Positions 59,810 through 64,000 of a stretch of 64,000 nucleotides of DNA are shown piece after piece; within the stretch, counting starts at the first letter, position 1, and every line of letters starts with the position of its first letter. The position numbers and the translations under genes were made by a program. The stretch is from Candidatus Melainabacteria bacterium 17Bon1m (GTDB lineage Bacteria > Cyanobacteriota > Vampirovibrionia > Obscuribacterales > Obscuribacteraceae), in NCBI GenBank assembly GCA_032128875.1, contig JAVLKG010000005.1, positions 192,001 to 256,000 of the forward strand. Reading direction: 5' to 3'. The notes beneath the pieces are model-generated. The model saw nothing but the letters and a program-made list of their open reading frames with translations. It did not search any database and was not told the DNA's origin.

Positions 59810-59971
59810 CTTTCGCACTTGGGTAGATGTATCACTGGAAAACGGCGATGCGTCGCGCTTTTGGTAATGTCACGCGTGACCTTTGCGTGCATTTGATTCA
59901 TGCTGAAAGTCCAATAAACAGTACGTCTTGATAGTTTTTTGCAACAAAAGTTACCTGAAAATCTGGGAACC

Positions 59972-59999
59972 GGGAACGTATCAGCCTCTTCGATGTCTA
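59972..59999 (+). promoter_or_regulatory. ECF sigma-type promoter
   Basis: GGGAAC-N17-GTCTA, 36 nt before the start codon. Confidence 0.65.
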
Positions 60000-60034
60000 T
60001 TTCTGCAGACAGAATGACTTTGAGGAATTAAACG

Positions 60035-60331
60035 ATGAAACTTACTTCTCTATTTCTCGCCGCTGTCATGGTATCCGCAATGGCTGTTCAGACCGCTGAA
60101 GCGCGCGATCATCATGGTTGGCGAAACCACCATAGATGGAATAACAACTACAATAGAAAAATGTGGAAGCAACAGCGAGCCTGGAACAACAAGATGTATA
60201 AACAGGCTTGGAATAACCGAGGTGGGTACAGACCCGGTCGTCCTTGGGACAACGCATACGATAATGCGATGCGTGCCGAAGCTATTCAGCGACAGCAACA
60301 AGCGATGCAGTACGGCTGGTACTGGCGCTAA
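60035..60331 (+). CDS. Small secreted Trp/Asn/Arg-rich protein
   Basis: GAGGA RBS; signal ending AEA; repeated WNN. Confidence 0.85.
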   Translation: MKLTSLFLAAVMVSAMAVQTAEARDHHGWRNHHRWNNNYNRKMWKQQRAWNNKMYKQAWNNRGGYRPGRPWDNAYDNAMRAEAIQRQQQAMQYGWYWR

Positions 60332-60384
60332 AGGTCTAGTCTGAGTGCGTACTCTGTGAAAAGGAGTACCGACGCAGACTTCGC

Positions 60385-60429
60385 AAACCGCAGTTGATAG
60401 GGTTGAAAAACCATATCGGCTGCGGTTTT
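60385..60429 (+). terminator. Long hairpin with GAAA loop
   Basis: AAACCGCAGTTGATAGGGTT-GAAA-AACCATATCGGCTGCGGTTT with G-U pairs and one mismatch. Confidence 0.65.
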
Positions 60430-60717
60430 GCATTGCGCATCTGCTTTAAAACCTCAATCCCATTGCTCAGCGAGCTACTCTGAAATTTTGCTTGGAATCT
60501 AAGCGCATTTTGATTGTGCCCAAATTTGTTACGGCAGCTGGAGCGTAAGCTGGGCGCCTTTTATAGTTGTCACCCTTGCTTGTCAACTGAAGGCTACAGG
60601 TTAAAAACGGCGGCAGTTGTCGTCAGGGCTCGTATAATAATCGATTCGGCGTCGAAGGCGTGATGATAAGCGCAGCCACTTCCAGATTTGACTGGAGGTG
60701 CCAGAGGAGAAAATATT

Positions 60718-61749
60718 GTGGCAGTTGAAACAGTGAAGAGCCTTATGCAAGCAGCTCAGATTGTTGAACCGAACAAAGGATTCAATATTACGAGCGTTGA
60801 GCGGAAGGAACCCACAGGCAATGAGGTTCTGATCAAGGTGCAGGCTTGTGGCATTTGTCACAGTGACAGTTTCACGGTTCTGGGACAGTGGCCCGGCATT
60901 GCCTATCCTATGACTCCTGGTCACGAGATCGTTGGTACTGTCGAAGCGCTTGGACCGAATGTTGAGCGCTTGAAGAAGGGCGATCGAGTGGGTATCGGCT
61001 GGCATGGTGGTCATTGCCAAGTTTGCGCTGCATGTAGGAGCGGTGACTTCGTCGCATGTGAAAAGCTGCAGGTGCCAGGCATCGCCATTCAAGGCGGGTA
61101 TGCCGAGTATGCAACCTTTTCGGAATCGGTTTGCGCTGTGGTTCCTGAAAAGCTTTCATCTGCGGAGGCTGCGCCCTTGATGTGTGCCGGAGTAACAACC
61201 TTCTACTCACTGCGTCATGCAGGTGCAAAGCCAGGGGATGTTGTCGCGATTTTGGGTGTAGGCGGACTTGGTCACCTCGGTGTTCAATTCGCAAGCAAAA
61301 TGGGTTTTCACACAGTTGCTATTGCGCGTGGGCAGGACAAGAAAAAGCTTTCTCTTGAATTAGGCGCGAATGATTATATTGATTCTGAGAGTCAAGACGT
61401 TGCAGCAGAATTGAAGAAACTTGGTGGAGCGAAAGTTGTTCTTGCCACCGTAACTAGTACCAAAGCAATGTCTCCTACAGTTGACGGATTGTCTATCGAC
61501 GGAAAGTTAGTCATTGTAGGCGCTGGCACTGAACCTCTGAATGTTACGCCCATCCAGTTGATTGGAGCTCGTAAGTCGATTGTGGGTTGGCCGAGCGGAA
61601 CAGCGAAAGACTCCGAGGAGTGCATGAACTTTTGCGCGCTAACAGGAATTCGCCCGATGCTCGAACGTTTTCCATTTAAAGATGTAGAGAAAGCGTACGA
61701 GCTGATGATGAGCGGAAAAGCACGATTCAGAGCCGTAATTGAATATTAG
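60718..61749 (+). CDS. Zinc-dependent alcohol dehydrogenase
   Basis: CGICHSD, PGHEIVG, CQVCAACRSGDFVAC, APLMCAG, GVGGLG. Confidence 0.95.
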   Translation: MAVETVKSLMQAAQIVEPNKGFNITSVERKEPTGNEVLIKVQACGICHSDSFTVLGQWPGIAYPMTPGHEIVGTVEALGPNVERLKKGDRVGIGWHGGHCQVCAACRSGDFVACEKLQVPGIAIQGGYAEYATFSESVCAVVPEKLSSAEAAPLMCAGVTTFYSLRHAGAKPGDVVAILGVGGLGHLGVQFASKMGFHTVAIARGQDKKKLSLELGANDYIDSESQDVAAELKKLGGAKVVLATVTSTKAMSPTVDGLSIDGKLVIVGAGTEPLNVTPIQLIGARKSIVGWPSGTAKDSEECMNFCALTGIRPMLERFPFKDVEKAYELMMSGKARFRAVIEY

Positions 61750-61835
61750 TTTGCCCTCGCGTGCGATTCGTCGAACTGTTCGCACGTCACATCACATAAC
61801 GCGGTGCTAATGCCGCAATCTGACCGATTGGAGAG

Positions 61836-62168
61836 ATGGAAACAATGCCGAGTTATGTAATCGTCTGGGAATTTCAAGTCAAACCCGGGCAAGAAGAAAA
61901 CTTCGAAGAACAATATGGTGATCATGGTATTTGGGCTGAGTTGTTCAAAACCAGCGATAAATACCAAGGCACGAAAGTAATAAAAGACGTCGGGCAAATG
62001 TCGCGTTATGTCACGCTCGACTATTGGTCTTCTGAATTCGACTATGAGCGTTTTCGCAAGGACAACAAAGTAGCATATGAGTCAATCGACAAACGGTGCG
62101 AAGCGCTCACTGATGGTGAGTTGCTTATCGGCAAATTTCACACACTAGATCAAGCATCTGAAAGTTAA
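61836..62168 (+). CDS. Antibiotic biosynthesis monooxygenase (ABM)-like protein
   Basis: YVIVWEFQVKPGQEENFE, YVTLDYWSS. Confidence 0.8.
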   Translation: METMPSYVIVWEFQVKPGQEENFEEQYGDHGIWAELFKTSDKYQGTKVIKDVGQMSRYVTLDYWSSEFDYERFRKDNKVAYESIDKRCEALTDGELLIGKFHTLDQASES

Positions 62169-62325
62169 CACCTACTTTCTGGAAAACTGTTTTCATAACG
62201 CTGCCGCAATCCGATTAGTGTCCTTTTGGATATTAATGGATTAAATTACGTGATTTTTTACTGGATTTGCGGCAAGATAGAAATGAAAACTGGGTGGGCT
62301 TGGAAGAGTACGGGCAGAAAACCGT

Positions 62326-62712
62326 ATGAGAGTACTAGCCATTGATGATGATGCCGTTGCCCCTGTCTTGTTTGGCGCGATCGCAAGAAAAATGGGCGTG
62401 GAGATTGCCACGGCTGCAGATTGCGCTACGGCGCTAAATTTGCTGAAATCTTCGACGTTCGATGTAATTTTGATGGACCTCAACCTAAAAGGGATTGATG
62501 GTTTTGAGGTCACACGCCAGGTACGTGTTTGGCAAAAGGAAGTCGGTTGTTACCAACCGATTATTGCCGTCACCGGCTATGCCATGAGCGAAGACCGCGC
62601 CATGTGCCTGAAAGCGGGGATGGACGACTATCTGAGCAAGCCGTACCAAATAAAAGACCTGTCCGACCTTCTGCTGAAGTGGTCTCTAGCGTCGGCGGCG
62701 CCTCAGGTTTAA
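62326..62712 (+). CDS. Single-domain response regulator
   Basis: AIDDD, ILMDL, IIAVT, AGMDDYLSKP. Confidence 0.92.
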   Translation: MRVLAIDDDAVAPVLFGAIARKMGVEIATAADCATALNLLKSSTFDVILMDLNLKGIDGFEVTRQVRVWQKEVGCYQPIIAVTGYAMSEDRAMCLKAGMDDYLSKPYQIKDLSDLLLKWSLASAAPQV

Positions 62713-62746
62713 CTCCGAGACTGGACCTCTAGACTACTGTCCACGG

Positions 62747-63427
62747 TTAATAAAGTCCTGGAATCAGGCGATATTTGACCTTATTGCAGTATTCGGGATA
62801 GCCGTTTAAGTGCGTGAGGAGAAACTTTTCCTCGTCGATAATTCGCCAGTTGAGAATTGCTACTGCGACAACAATGAGCAAGGCCGACCATAGTGATCCA
62901 AGAGCGAGAGGAATACCGAGGAGCAGCAAGAGTGCGCCCGAATACATTGGGTGTCTGACTACTCCGTACATACCTGTTGAGACAACACTTTGATTTTCTG
63001 CAAGTTCGATGGTTGCTGAGGCAAACGTATTTTCCAGGCACACCTTTGTGAAAACGTAGAAGCTGAGTGCTGTTAGAAAATCGCCGAAAAGCACAGCCGG
63101 CAGAGGCACTCGTGACCATCCAAATCTATGGTCTAGTCCGCAAAGAACCAGAAAGAGAACGAAAGAGAGTGTAATGCCTGTCATGATGATGCGCTGCACA
63201 GGGCGTTTTTCAGCCGTTGGTCCTGCTTTCATTCTGCGCATCAAAACATCCGGTGCATACTTCCATAAGATCAATCCGTGGACCATTGTTGCGACAGAGA
63301 ACACGGTGATAAACACCCACGCCTGCCAGTAGTCGAAAGTCCAGGCCGCTAAGAATATAGGTGCGCCCAGAATTATGAAAAGGGATGGCAGCGCAGTAAT
63401 CAGTCTAAATTTGATCTTCTTGTCCAT
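62747..63427 (-). CDS. Isoprenylcysteine carboxyl methyltransferase family membrane protein
   Basis: ENTFAS, VVSTGMYGVVRHPMY, RIIDEEKFL, YRLIPGLY. Confidence 0.92.
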   Translation of the reverse strand: MDKKIKFRLITALPSLFIILGAPIFLAAWTFDYWQAWVFITVFSVATMVHGLILWKYAPDVLMRRMKAGPTAEKRPVQRIIMTGITLSFVLFLVLCGLDHRFGWSRVPLPAVLFGDFLTALSFYVFTKVCLENTFASATIELAENQSVVSTGMYGVVRHPMYSGALLLLLGIPLALGSLWSALLIVVAVAILNWRIIDEEKFLLTHLNGYPEYCNKVKYRLIPGLY

Positions 63428-63548
63428 GGCTCTAAACTAGCACTTTTGCTCGCCAGCTCACGGACAAAGTGACGAGAAAGCGTATTAAACGTTCCGCAAA
63501 TGCGGCAGTTTTTCCGGATGCTTCACCACGATAGTACAAAGGGGTGAA

Positions 63549-64000
63549 TTACTTAACTGGCGCGGCTTGCAAGCGGTCTAGAGTCTTTTTTCTCTTTTCC
63601 AGCCAGAAAGCTGATTGCACAGGCCATTCTTTGTACGGATTTTCTTCCGGAGCTTGACCAAGTTCTTGTTCTGCATGGAAAAACCACTGGGGTTCGTTCA
63701 ATGCTTCCCGCGCCAAAGCTACAAAGTCGGCACTTCCATCTTCCACAATCTTGTTCGCTTGATGCGCTTCTACGATGAAGCCGACTGCCATGGTTTGGAT
63801 GTCGGCGCCGTGTTTGATTTCGCGCGCAAACGGCACCTGATAGCCTAGCGCGGATCGCAGATTCATTTTTCCGGGCTGTCCGCCGGACGAGCAATCGATT
63901 ACATCTACACCAAGTTTTTTCAGTTCTTTCGCGTATTCAACTGCTTCTTCAATAGTGAAGCCGCCTTCGATTCCATCAACCGACGAGATGCGAACGAACA
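63549..64000 (-). CDS. NADH:flavin oxidoreductase (old yellow enzyme family), C-terminal part
   Basis: Frame open from the window edge: FVRISSVDG...GVDVIDCSSGG...GYQVPFAREIK...ADFVALARE. Confidence 0.9.
   Translation of the reverse strand, partial: FVRISSVDGIEGGFTIEEAVEYAKELKKLGVDVIDCSSGGQPGKMNLRSALGYQVPFAREIKHGADIQTMAVGFIVEAHQANKIVEDGSADFVALAREALNEPQWFFHAEQELGQAPEENPYKEWPVQSAFWLEKRKKTLDRLQAAPVK

Noticed and set aside
63549-64000. Apparent truncation or frameshift of the flavin oxidoreductase
   Set aside because: The frame is continuous to the window edge; the short ORF is an edge artefact.
1-64000. CRISPR array, tRNA/rRNA, IS elements, HIP1 (GCGATCGC) enrichment
   Set aside because: No spaced direct repeats, cloverleaves or transposases seen; only a few GCGATCGC copies noticed. 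This was by eye, so small elements could be missed.

Overview
A gene-dense bacterial chromosomal window with no rRNA, tRNA, CRISPR array, transposase or prophage that I can support. The gene content (Cys-motif Ser/Thr kinases, many TPR proteins, a tandem MshEN-like protein, a caspase-TPR protein, a TadG-like orphan) suggests a non-photosynthetic cyanobacterial relative such as Ca. Obscuribacterales (Vampirovibrionia); this is inference only. Recognisable genes: deoB, a purine nucleoside phosphorylase pair, patatin, lytic transglycosylase, cysteine desulfurase, two kinases, two histidine kinases, two response regulators, surface-glycan genes, S41 protease, GT28, osmC, Zn alcohol dehydrogenase and a partial flavin oxidoreductase. 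Most interesting: (1) two adjacent PNP-family genes that look complementary, a short catalytically dead copy keeping the inter-subunit 'GxRFP' loop that the catalytic copy lacks; (2) three GGGAAC-N17-GTC ECF-type promoters upstream of envelope genes; (3) orphan genes with long structured leaders and a candidate ncRNA at about 40.9-41.2 kb; (4) a PP-loop paralog pair coupled to a GT87; (5) an exported-protein gene broken by one in-frame TAG. All family assignments are by motif recognition, not database search.
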